Source: an uncultured bacterium (lineage in GTDB: Bacteria > Chloroflexota > UBA5177 > JANWHV01). Taken from it: DNA of 64,000 nt. Positions 49,838 through 59,064 of the stretch are shown here, piece by piece; positions within the stretch are counted from its first letter, which is position 1, and every line of letters begins with the position of its first letter. The stretch lies in NCBI GenBank assembly GCA_963827235.1, contig CAWHAE010000010.1, positions 416,001 to 480,000 on the forward strand, given 5' to 3'. The notes below the pieces were generated by a model, which worked only from the letters and a program-made list of their open reading frames with translations, was not told where the DNA came from and did no database searches. The position numbers were made by a program, and so were the translations under genes.

Positions 49838-50770
49838 ATGCTAAATCGCCTTCGTCGCCTGAATCCGTTCCGGGAGAGCCTGCGAAAGACCCGTGAGGGC
49901 GTTTTCTCGCGGGTCACGAGCCTCCTGACGCAGCAGGTGATCGACGACGCGCTGTGGGAGGAGCTGGAAGAGCTGCTCATCCGCGCGGACATCGGCGTCG
50001 ACATCTCGCTCGGCATCATTCAGCAACTTCAGATGCGGGTGGCGCGCGATCGGCTTACACTTGCCAGGGACGTGGAAGCCGCCCTGCGTGAAGAGCTGCT
50101 CGGACTGCTGGGAGGCCTGGAAACCCGCGCCATGGTGAGGCACGATCCGCTCACCACCATCATGGTGGTTGGCGTCAACGGCGTGGGAAAGACCACGTCG
50201 ATCGCCAAGCTGGCGCGGTACCTGCAGGATCAGGGCAGTACGGTCATGATTGCCGCAGCGGATACGTTTCGTGCCGCGGCCGTCGAGCAGCTTACCATCT
50301 GGGGCGATCGACTGGGTGTGCCGGTGATCAGCCAGACCAGCAGTGCCGATCCGGGTGCCGTGGTCTACGACGCGATGCAATCGGGGCTGGCCCGGCACGC
50401 CGACTACGTGATCGTCGACACCGCGGGCAGACTGCACACCAAGTTCAACCTGATGGAGGAGCTCAAGAAGGTGCAGCGCGTGGCGCGCAAGATCGATCCC
50501 ACTGCCATGCATGAGGTGCTGCTGGTGCTCGACGCCACCAGCGGACAGAACGCGCTGGAGCAGACGAAAGCGTTCGGTGAGGCCGTCGGAGTCACGGGAG
50601 TGATCTTGACGAAGCTGGACGGCACCGCCAAGGGTGGGGTGGCGTTTGCCATCCGCCGCCGGCTGCAGGTTCCCATCTTGTTCGTCGGCACGGGCGAAAA
50701 GGTCACCGACTTCGCGCCGTTTGACGCCGAATCCTTCGTCGACGCATTGTTCAGCCCAGAGACGGCCTGA
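49838..50770 (+). CDS. ftsY: SRP receptor
   Basis: [31 protein letters not shown]. Confidence 0.97.
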   Translation: MLNRLRRLNPFRESLRKTREGVFSRVTSLLTQQVIDDALWEELEELLIRADIGVDISLGIIQQLQMRVARDRLTLARDVEAALREELLGLLGGLETRAMVRHDPLTTIMVVGVNGVGKTTSIAKLARYLQDQGSTVMIAAADTFRAAAVEQLTIWGDRLGVPVISQTSSADPGAVVYDAMQSGLARHADYVIVDTAGRLHTKFNLMEELKKVQRVARKIDPTAMHEVLLVLDATSGQNALEQTKAFGEAVGVTGVILTKLDGTAKGGVAFAIRRRLQVPILFVGTGEKVTDFAPFDAESFVDALFSPETA

Positions 50771-50799
50771 CGGGCTCGCCTTCTTGTCGAGGTGCATAC

Positions 50800-52143
50800 G
50801 TGTTTGAGACACTCACCGATCGGTTGCAGGGAATCTTCGAGAAGATCGGCCGCAAGGGAAGGTTGACAGAAGCCGACGTCCAGGAGGCAATGAAGGAAGT
50901 ACGGCGCGCTCTCCTGGAGGCGGACGTCAACTTCAAGGTCGTGAAGGACTTCGTGGCCAAGGTCACCGAGCGCGCGGTGGGGATCGAGGTGCTTCAGGCC
51001 CTCCGTCCCGACCAACAGGTGATCAAGATCGTCAACGAGCAGCTGATCGCCATGCTCGGCGAGCAGGCACACCTCGACTTCGGCGGATCCTCGCCGGCCG
51101 TGATCATGTTGGTGGGTCTGCAGGGCTCGGGCAAAACGACGACGAGTGCCAAGCTTGCCCATTTCCTGCGAAAGAAGGGGCAGTCGCCGCTTCTGGTGGC
51201 AGCCGATGTGTACAGGCCGGCGGCCATCGACCAGCTGGTTACACTGGGCAAGCAGCTCCAGATTCCCGTGTACTCAGAACCGCCAAGCGTCAAGCCGCTG
51301 GTCATCTGCCAGAACGCCGTGAAGCACGCCCGGCAGAACGGCAACAGCGTCGTCATCCTGGACACCGCGGGCCGGCTGCATATCGACGACGCGATGATGG
51401 ACGAGGTCGCCGCCATCCGCATGGCCCTGCAGGTCAACGAGGTACTGCTCATCGCAGACGCGATGACCGGCCAGGAGTCGGTGCGCGTGGCAGAGGAGTT
51501 CAATGCCCGCCTGCCGCTTTCGGGCCTGATTCTCACCAAGATGGATGGCGACGCCAAGGGAGGCGCAGCCCTCTCCATCCGCGCCGTGACCAACATCCCG
51601 ATAAAGTTCATCTCCACGGGCGAGAAGACAGATGCTCTCGAGCCGTTCTATCCCGATCGGCTGGCAAATCGCATTCTCGGCATGGGCGACATTCTCACCT
51701 TGATCGAGAAGGCCGAGGAGACGATGGACCGGCAGCAGGCGGAAGTCATGGAGAAGAAGCTGCGTACCAACAGCTTCACGCTCGAGGACTTCCTCGCCCA
51801 GCTGCAGCAGATCAAGAAGATGGGCCCGCTCAGCCAGCTGGTGGAGATGATGGGCATGCGCGGCGCGCTGAAGGCCAGCGGCGTTGAGGGTGAGATTGAC
51901 GATCGGCCGCTGAAGCAGATCGAGGCGATCATCAACTCAATGACGCCTCAGGAACGGCGCAACCCTGAAATCTTGAACGGCAGCCGGAAACGCCGGGTCG
52001 CCAAAGGCAGCGGCACCCAGGTCCAGGACATCAATCAGCTGCTCACCCAGTTCCGCGAGATGCAGAACATGATGAAGCAACTGACCAGCGGACGGATGGG
52101 CAAGATGCTCGCCAAGCGCATGGGTATGATGCCCAAGCGCTGA
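50800..52143 (+). CDS. ffh: Signal recognition particle protein
   Basis: LLEADV, GLQGSGKTT, DTAGR, TKMDGDAKGG, M domain SMTPQER, RVAKGSG. Confidence 0.98.
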   Translation: MFETLTDRLQGIFEKIGRKGRLTEADVQEAMKEVRRALLEADVNFKVVKDFVAKVTERAVGIEVLQALRPDQQVIKIVNEQLIAMLGEQAHLDFGGSSPAVIMLVGLQGSGKTTTSAKLAHFLRKKGQSPLLVAADVYRPAAIDQLVTLGKQLQIPVYSEPPSVKPLVICQNAVKHARQNGNSVVILDTAGRLHIDDAMMDEVAAIRMALQVNEVLLIADAMTGQESVRVAEEFNARLPLSGLILTKMDGDAKGGAALSIRAVTNIPIKFISTGEKTDALEPFYPDRLANRILGMGDILTLIEKAEETMDRQQAEVMEKKLRTNSFTLEDFLAQLQQIKKMGPLSQLVEMMGMRGALKASGVEGEIDDRPLKQIEAIINSMTPQERRNPEILNGSRKRRVAKGSGTQVQDINQLLTQFREMQNMMKQLTSGRMGKMLAKRMGMMPKR

Positions 52144-52245
52144 GCGCCGGATGAATCAGCCTCGGCAATGCAACGACCGACTTCGCTCGCGCAGCCCAGC
52201 TACGAGCTCGATTCGCCCGGATCCGATTACGCTGCTCAAGCGGCC

Positions 52246-52467
52246 CTAGAGAAGACTGGCACAGGCGCGCTGTACTGCTTTTCGCTCCACCGCGCTGGCC
52301 TCATCCGCACTGATTTGGAACGCTTCGGCGACTTCCACCCAGGAACACGGAGGAAAGCCGTCCAGCCCGTACCGCATTCGCAGCACCTCGCGTTCGCGAT
52401 TGGATACCATCGCGAGCACGAACAGGAAGACGTCGCGCGTCCACGCCGTCAATTTGGCCTCCGCCAT
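52246..52467 (-). CDS. Small stand-alone sigma70 region-4-like HTH protein (73 aa)
   Basis: SNREREVLRMRYGLDG..SWVEVAEAFQIS...VERKAVQR; extended -10 TGcTAGGAT near 52511-52519. Confidence 0.7.
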   Translation of the reverse strand: MAEAKLTAWTRDVFLFVLAMVSNREREVLRMRYGLDGFPPCSWVEVAEAFQISADEASAVERKAVQRACASLL

Positions 52468-52608
52468 CGGCACACACACCCATCTAGGGGACAACAAGTT
52501 TCAGTTACGTATCCTAGCACAATCTCGAGACCAGATCCCAGATCGCTCAAGCCTTTTAGATGGACGATGAGCGGTTATGCGTCCTTATTGCCAATTTTCC
52601 AACAGTAT

Positions 52609-53379
52609 TCAGCGCCGCACCCGGTAGCGCAAATAGAGCTCGCCGCTTTCGGTCAAGACGTGCAACAGGTCGAGCAATGGTATTTCCGACTCGGCAAACG
52701 GCGGACCCTCTACCAGCCGCAGAGCGGCACGATCGGACCCGACCTTGGGTGCGATGGTCACGAATAGCTCGTCGAGGCAGTGTGCCGCCAGCAGTCCGCG
52801 CGCCAGCCTCGGGCCGCCCTCGCAGAGCACGGTGCGCACGTCGAAGCGGTCCCGCATGAGTCCCAATGCTAGCCGGAGATCCACCTCCTCACTGCCGGCG
52901 GCAATGACCGTGGCTCGCGAGCCGAGTCGGGCACCGAGGCTCGTCGCCTTGGCGTCCACGGTGAACACGAGGGGCGTCCGGCCGGAGAAGTACCTGAAGT
53001 CCGGTTCCAGCTCACCGGTCCCGGTCACCACGCTGCCGAGCGGCTGCGGCGCCAGACCTCGCTCGACCCGTCTCTGCGCCAACGCATCGGAGACTCTCGG
53101 CGGGAAATTGTCCGCGCGCACGGTGCCGGCTCCGTGCATGAGTGCGTCGACGGTGGCGCGCAGCTCACGCATCAGGCGATGGTCGCTGTCGCTGCCGATG
53201 CCCCGCGCGCCCAAGGTGCCCAGCGTCGACTGCCCGTCCAGGGTGATCACGAAGTTGAGCACGACGTAGGGCCGGTCGGGCGGCGGCTCGGGATACTCAA
53301 TCTCGTGGTACGCGGTCGACGCGTTCTCATCTGGCCCGGACGGGGGAAAGAGACGTAGCATGCCTGGAGTATAGTTCAT
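52609..53379 (-). CDS. RibD C-terminal domain (pyrimidine reductase-like) protein
   Basis: RPYVVLNFVITLDG, GAGTVRAD, LCEGGPRL, DELFVTIAP, YLRY. Confidence 0.9.
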   Translation of the reverse strand: MNYTPGMLRLFPPSGPDENASTAYHEIEYPEPPPDRPYVVLNFVITLDGQSTLGTLGARGIGSDSDHRLMRELRATVDALMHGAGTVRADNFPPRVSDALAQRRVERGLAPQPLGSVVTGTGELEPDFRYFSGRTPLVFTVDAKATSLGARLGSRATVIAAGSEEVDLRLALGLMRDRFDVRTVLCEGGPRLARGLLAAHCLDELFVTIAPKVGSDRAALRLVEGPPFAESEIPLLDLLHVLTESGELYLRYRVRR

Positions 53380-53411
53380 GGCGGTTTACACCGCCGTGGA
53401 TAACTCGACGC

Positions 53412-53466
53412 GTGACCCTGAAGCCGCGATGCGGTATGCTGCTGCCTATGTACGAACAGACGTCCT
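53412..53466 (+). promoter_or_regulatory. Promoter GTGACC-17-TATGCT, probable leaderless ATG 53448, and SOS-box-like CGAACAGACGTCCT (53453-53466)
   Basis: Near match to the Gram-positive LexA box CGAACRNRYGTTYC. Confidence 0.5.
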
Positions 53467-55454
53467 CATTGGGAACGCTTGCTTCCCGGGCGCACGGGCT
53501 GCTTGCCGCCGGGCGACATCCGCTGGCGGCCGAGACGCTGATCGAGCACGTATTCGGCATTAGCGGCGATGGCTCTGCCCGCAAGCGCGCGGCAACCGAG
53601 TTCTGGCGTGGCCAGCTTGCTCGAGTGCTGGCGGACGCCACCGTGTTCACGCAATATGACGACGGTACCTGGGGACTGGCGGAATGGGGCGCAGAGGACA
53701 TCCCCCTGGACGAGATGGACTACGTGGTGGTGGATTGCGAGACGACCGGCCTCGATCCCAAGTCGCAGCGTGTGCTCGAGATCGCCGCCATTCTCTGCCG
53801 CGGGGACAGGGTGCTCGACCGATTTGCCACGCTCATAGACCCGCAGAGGAGCATTCCCCTGATGATCCGGCAGCTCACCGGAATTACGCCCGAGATGGTG
53901 AAGGGTGCACCGCTGGCTCCGGAGGCCCTGCAACGCTTCCTCGATTTCTCCGGCGGCCTGATGCTCGTGGGGCACAACGTGCGCTTCGACCTCGGCTTCT
54001 TGGGCGCAGAGGCCTTCAGGCACCTCAACGTGCGCCTGCTCAACCCGTCGCTCTGTACCATTCGCCTGGCAACCAAGCTGATGCCCGGGCTGAAGCGGCC
54101 GAACCTGGCAAATCTCGCCGCATCGCTCGGCATCGCGGTGCACGACCGCCACCGCGCCATGGGTGATGCGACAGTGACGCAGCTCGTGTTCTGGGAGCTG
54201 GTCTCCATCGCGCGAGAGCGTGGTATTGCCACACAGGGCCGATTGCAGGCGCTCGTCGGACCGGCGACCGGCTCTGCGCGCGCGGTGCCATCCCGCGGCA
54301 CGGGCAGGCTGCTACTGGATCCTACGCTGCGAAGGAACTTACCAGAGCGACCGGGCGTCTACCTGATGAAGGACGAGCTCGGCAAAGTCATCTACGTCGG
54401 CAAGGCGAAGAACCTCCGGCAGCGCGTTTCCTCCTACTACTCCCAGCCACTCGGCTACCGGCGCAAGATGGACGGTCTATTGGAGTCGGTGCGCGATCTC
54501 GATACCATCGAGGTCGGTTCCGAGCTCGAGGCACTGGTCAAGGAATCCCAGCTCATCAAGGCCTACATGCCTCAGTTCAACGTGCAGCTTCGCAACTACC
54601 GGCATTACCCATTCATCAAGGTGGACGTGGCATCACCATTCCCGCGCGTCTACGCCACGCGCGAGGTGCGCGATGACGGCGCCCGCTATTTCGGTCCCTA
54701 TCGAAGCCGACGCGCCGTGGGCACAGTGATCGACCTCGTCCATCGCCTCTTTCCCATACGCACGTGTACCAATGCCCTGGCAGCTGACGGCCGGCGGAAG
54801 GGATCGACGGGCAGCAGCTGCCTGCGCTTCTACGTGGGACGCTGCCTCGGCCCATGCCACGGCGGGGTGACGCCGGATCGCTACCGGCTGGCCGTCGACG
54901 AGGTGCTCGCCTTCCTTTCCGGCGACCAGGATGCCATGCTGTCACGAGTCGACCGCGAGATGCGCGAGAGCGCCGAGCGACTGGATTTCGAACGATCCGC
55001 GCGTCTGCGCGACGCGTTACGCCAGGCGCGCCAGGTGCTGGCAGCGCAGCAGCTCCTGACGGGAGCCGTCGAGCGGAACAACCTCGTGATTGTCTGTCCC
55101 GGCTCATCGACCGACATCGTCGAATTGTTCGGTATCCGGCACGGCAGGCTCTTCGAACAGCTCAGTCTGGCCGTCGGGGCAGAGGAGAGCACGCTTGAGT
55201 CTGTCGTGCGCTTCCTGGAGCGGCTGCAGTCGGCGGCAGCAGCACCACCGGTCGTGGGGCAGGATGAGATCGACGCTATTATCATCGTCGGACGCTGGCT
55301 GGCGCGCTACGGAGATTCCCGCCACGTGGTCCATCTCCCTGCTACGCTGGATAACGGCATCGCACGCGACATCTTTCGGGTCGCCTGCCAGGTGCGCGGC
55401 GGCGGGGACAGGGCTCCGGACGAGGAGTGTGAGTGGGTCGACGCCGGCGAGTAG
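53448..55454 (+). CDS. DEDDh exonuclease - UvrC/Cho-type GIY-YIG fusion (Rv2191-like)
   Basis: DCETTG, HNVRFD, HRAMGDA; GVYLM..YVGKAKNLRQRV; 4-Cys cluster; UVR motif LDFERSARLRD. Confidence 0.92.
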   Translation: MYEQTSSLGTLASRAHGLLAAGRHPLAAETLIEHVFGISGDGSARKRAATEFWRGQLARVLADATVFTQYDDGTWGLAEWGAEDIPLDEMDYVVVDCETTGLDPKSQRVLEIAAILCRGDRVLDRFATLIDPQRSIPLMIRQLTGITPEMVKGAPLAPEALQRFLDFSGGLMLVGHNVRFDLGFLGAEAFRHLNVRLLNPSLCTIRLATKLMPGLKRPNLANLAASLGIAVHDRHRAMGDATVTQLVFWELVSIARERGIATQGRLQALVGPATGSARAVPSRGTGRLLLDPTLRRNLPERPGVYLMKDELGKVIYVGKAKNLRQRVSSYYSQPLGYRRKMDGLLESVRDLDTIEVGSELEALVKESQLIKAYMPQFNVQLRNYRHYPFIKVDVASPFPRVYATREVRDDGARYFGPYRSRRAVGTVIDLVHRLFPIRTCTNALAADGRRKGSTGSSCLRFYVGRCLGPCHGGVTPDRYRLAVDEVLAFLSGDQDAMLSRVDREMRESAERLDFERSARLRDALRQARQVLAAQQLLTGAVERNNLVIVCPGSSTDIVELFGIRHGRLFEQLSLAVGAEESTLESVVRFLERLQSAAAAPPVVGQDEIDAIIIVGRWLARYGDSRHVVHLPATLDNGIARDIFRVACQVRGGGDRAPDEECEWVDAGE

Positions 55455-55467
55455 AAATGTTGGTTTG

Positions 55468-56307
55468 ATGGACTCCGTACGCTGCTTCGAGTTGCTGGGT
55501 GCCGACCTCGCGGCGATTGTTACCTGCGCCGCGACGCTGAACGACCTCTCGCTCGAGCTGCCCGACGGCGTGTACACGACGTTCAGAACCTACTTCGGGA
55601 ACAGAGTGCTGCATCCGAGCGCGCATTTCGACCGGTTGGAGGAGTCGGCGCGTCTGGAAGGCGTGCAGCTGCACCTTGACAGGGCATTGCTCTGTCGAGC
55701 GGTCGCATCGGCCCTGGTGAGTGCAGGCTTCCCATTGGTGCGGGTTCGCGTGACTGTCGCTCTGGCTCCTTCCGTTCGTATCTTTCTGGCCACTGAGGAG
55801 ATGCGGGAGCTTCCGGAAGATGCATACAGCCGCGGCGTGAGCTGTTCTCTCGCCGATAAGGGAGTGAGGAGGGATCTGCCTCGGGCGAAGTCGACTCGCT
55901 TCATCGGCCCGGGTGCCGGTGCCCGACGCATGGCTCCTGACACGAACGAGGCCTTGCTGGTGAGTGAAGCGGGTGGGATTCTCGAAGGATCCTCGAGCAA
56001 CTTCTTTGCCGTCGTCGACGGCCGGCTGCGCACGGCCGGTGACGGCGTGCTTGCCGGCACTACCCGCGCAATGGTCCTGAGTGTTGCCGACGAAGTGCTG
56101 CCCATCGAGCTCAGACCGGTTCTCGTGGACGACGTGCCTCGTCTGCAGGAAGCTTTCATCACCAGTGTCGGGCGAGCCGTCTTGCCGGTAGTCGCGATAG
56201 GCGGACAGCCGGTCGGCGCCGGCGTGCCCGGTCCGTTCACGCAGGACATCCGAAGGCGCTTCATGGCCGTGCTGGAGACCGACCTTGAGCCTATCGCCCG
56301 TCGTTGA
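55468..56307 (+). CDS. PLP-dependent aminotransferase class IV (IlvE/Dat/PabC family)
   Basis: HFDRLEESA, RAKS, ILEGSSSNFF, LAGTTR, EAFITS. Confidence 0.88.
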   Translation: MDSVRCFELLGADLAAIVTCAATLNDLSLELPDGVYTTFRTYFGNRVLHPSAHFDRLEESARLEGVQLHLDRALLCRAVASALVSAGFPLVRVRVTVALAPSVRIFLATEEMRELPEDAYSRGVSCSLADKGVRRDLPRAKSTRFIGPGAGARRMAPDTNEALLVSEAGGILEGSSSNFFAVVDGRLRTAGDGVLAGTTRAMVLSVADEVLPIELRPVLVDDVPRLQEAFITSVGRAVLPVVAIGGQPVGAGVPGPFTQDIRRRFMAVLETDLEPIARR

Positions 56308-56439
56308 GCGCGAGGCCCAGAACTGATACCATAGCTGCTCCGGCGGAGGCGTGACCCGGCTGTCCTGAGCGCAGGGCATCCACACGACTGTGTCAGCGCG
56401 CCGGACGCCGATCGATGGCTGGGAGGCCGGGAGAAGGGA

Positions 56440-57625
56440 ATGGAGAGGTACGCCACGGTACGGCTCAAGCCGCAGCGCCCCGAGAGGGTCGGACATCCGT
56501 GGGTGTTCGCCGGCGAAATCGCCTATATTCCCGACGCCGTTGCCGACTCCGAGATCGTTGCCGTCCAGGATGCTCTCGGGCACATGCTCGGCCTTGCGTA
56601 CGTGAACCGGACGTCCAAGATCACGCTGCGGTACCTCTCACGCGAGGTCACTTCTATCGACGTACAGTGGTGGTACGACATGCTTGCCCGCTCGCTGAGC
56701 AGGCGCACGATCTGGCGCCGCACCGATCGTACGGACGCCCTGCGACTGGTCAACGCCGAATCGGACGGACTGCCGGGCCTGATCGTCGACCAATATGCGG
56801 ACGTCCTGGTCGTGCAGCTCCTGGCCCTGGGGTTGGAGCCCTGGAGGAGCACGCTGATTGACGCACTGCTCGACCTCGTGCAGCCTGAGACGATCTGGGA
56901 GCGTTCAGACGTGTCCGTCAGGGAGCTCGAGGGGCTGGAGCGCCGGACCGGGCTGCTGGCGGGACGAGAGCCGCCGGACCTGGTCGAAGTGCATGAAGGG
57001 CGGGCGCGTCTGCTGGTGGACGTCAGGGCCGGACAGAAGACGGGCATGTTCCTCGACCAGCGGCGGAATCGTGCTGCCGTGGCGAGCTACGCGGGCGACG
57101 CCAGGGTGCTCAACTGTTTTGCCTACAGTGGGGCATTCGGCGTACACGCCGGCCGTGCCGGTGCCCGGCACGTGATCAATGCCGACATCTCCGGCGCGGC
57201 GTGCGCAGCTTGCCGAGCGCAATATGGCGCTCAACGGCCTTGCAGGTCTCTCCTCCGCTCTCGAGGCAAACTGCTTCGACATGCTGCGCGACATGAGCGA
57301 CGGAGGTCAGCGATTCGACATGGTCATCCTGGACCCTCCCGCTTTCACCAAGAGCCGCGACAAAGTCGAGGCTGCCTTGCGGGGATATAAAGAGATCAAT
57401 TTGCGTGCTCTGCGCCTGCTCGTCCCGGGGGGCATACTCGTAACCTGTTCGTGTTCGCAGCACGTCGACGACGCGGGCTTCAAGGCGATGCTGCGCAGTG
57501 CGTCGCGGGATGCTCATCGCGAGGTGCGAATCCTCGAGCAGCTTGGCCAGAGCCCAGACCACCCCACTCTTCTGCACGTCCCGGAGACCGACTACCTGAT
57601 CTGCTTGATCGCGGAAGCCGGCTAG
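56440..57625 (+). CDS. rlmI: RlmI-like class I SAM-dependent rRNA methyltransferase, frameshifted near 57195
   Basis: GHPWVF, ESDGLPGLIVD, GQKTGMFLDQR, NCFAYSG; then DPPAF, TCSCS, PETDYL. Confidence 0.88.
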
Positions 57626-57860
57626 CGAATCCGCCGGCGAGGCCTGTGAAGCCTGCCGGACAGCTGAGCCACTTGGCTGAGCCGTACGCGCGTTGCCATT
57701 TCCCCTAGAGGCTGCCGCAGCCATATACTTGCCTGTGCAGGGCTGCCAGGAGACGCGCTCCCCGCTTCGACGCGGCCTACCTTTCGTAGCACGGTGACCG
57801 GCCACGGCGGGCCGTGGGCGGGGAGTGGTCTCGCGGCGTGCGGGAGGAGGATGAGGATTC

Positions 57861-58532
57861 ATGGCAGGAACGCAGATATCAGTCCCAGTTCGCGGTGGGG
57901 GCTCGTCGGCGCTGTTGGCGCTTCTCGACGGCCTGGTCGACCGCATGCTGAGGTCGCCACTTATGCGTCGCGCGCCGGTGCAGTGCGGGCCGGAGGAGCA
58001 GGCTGCACAGGCGGCGCTGCTCGTCGACATCGTAAACGCGCGCGCACTCCGAGCCGCCGCCGAATCGCTCCCCGCGCTTCCCTTTGAGGTAGTGGCGGAG
58101 CATTGGCCCGACCTCGCGGCCGCACTAGGCCCTGCCAGACGCTCACAGGCGGCCAAGGCGCGTCCGGCGACCACGGGCAAGTCGTCTCCGTCGCTCGGCG
58201 GGCTCTACGACTCGCTCGATGCGGACCAGCAGGACGATGGGCACGCCACAGACCGGGAGGCAACGCAGGATCTGCCCGTTGCCGGCTCGGTGGGCACTGA
58301 GGCCGATGCATCGAGCCGGTCTGAGGCGCTTGTCCAGCTTCTCAAGGAAGCCTTGTCGACGCAGGAAAAGCCGCAAAATACCACGCAGATGCTGGCCTGG
58401 CTGCACCAGCGGGGCGAGAGCGCGAACCGGGAAGACGTGATGAACGCCCTGTTTCTGCGCGAAGACCTATTTCGCAAGCGCGGCGCGGGGCAGTGGGCGC
58501 TCGTGGGTCGCGAGCAACAGGCGCCCGCATGA
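57861..58532 (+). CDS. Hypothetical protein with a C-terminal winged-HTH (HARE-HTH-like)
   Basis: GGAGGAGG/GAGGA RBS; C-terminus LFRKRGAGQWAL. Confidence 0.6.
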   Translation: MAGTQISVPVRGGGSSALLALLDGLVDRMLRSPLMRRAPVQCGPEEQAAQAALLVDIVNARALRAAAESLPALPFEVVAEHWPDLAAALGPARRSQAAKARPATTGKSSPSLGGLYDSLDADQQDDGHATDREATQDLPVAGSVGTEADASSRSEALVQLLKEALSTQEKPQNTTQMLAWLHQRGESANREDVMNALFLREDLFRKRGAGQWALVGREQQAPA

Positions 58533-58535
58533 CCT

Positions 58536-58955
58536 TCAGGTTGCGTCCGGTCGTTCCGGGCGGTCCTCACTTCCAGGCAGCGCGTTGATCATGAATGTCG
58601 CCGTGCGCTCTACGTAGTCGATCATCTGGCTCCGCATCGGTTCTTCGATGCCGGTCGCATCGATCGCGTGAAGCATGTGGCCCACCCAACGGTCTCGCTC
58701 CTCCGGACCAATGCGGAACGGCAGATGGCGCATGCGCAGCCGGGGATGGCCGCGCTTCTCGCTGTAGGTCGCCGGACCGCCGAAGTACTGAGTCAGAAAC
58801 AGCGCCAAGCGTTCCTTTGGACCCTCTAGGTCCTGTGGAAACATGACCATCAACCGATCGTCGAGGCGTACCGACTCATAGAAGCTGTCGACCAGGCGAA
58901 TGAACGTCTCGCTCCCGCCCACCTGTTCGTACAGCGTGGTGCGCGCCAACTCCAT
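58536..58955 (-). CDS. glbO: Group II truncated hemoglobin
   Basis: LYEQVGG, FY, YFGGP..YS..RGHPRLRMRH.PF.I, ERDRW. Confidence 0.93.
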   Translation of the reverse strand: MELARTTLYEQVGGSETFIRLVDSFYESVRLDDRLMVMFPQDLEGPKERLALFLTQYFGGPATYSEKRGHPRLRMRHLPFRIGPEERDRWVGHMLHAIDATGIEEPMRSQMIDYVERTATFMINALPGSEDRPERPDAT

Positions 58956-59064
58956 CGGACCCCGATTCATGCGTGCAAGGACCCCCGCACGGCAGCGCCC
59001 GTAAGCGGCCCCAGGCGCGACCTGCCCACTGCCCACGGGATCAGCAGACCGAAAACCACGGGAG

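Noticed and set aside
49770-52250. SRP RNA gene near ftsY-ffh
   Set aside because: No CAGG...GGAA...AGCAG domain IV hairpin seen in the adjacent intergenic sequence
57675-57700. gagccgtacgcg resembling the start of group II intron domain V
   Set aside because: No complementary 3' arm and no reverse transcriptase ORF
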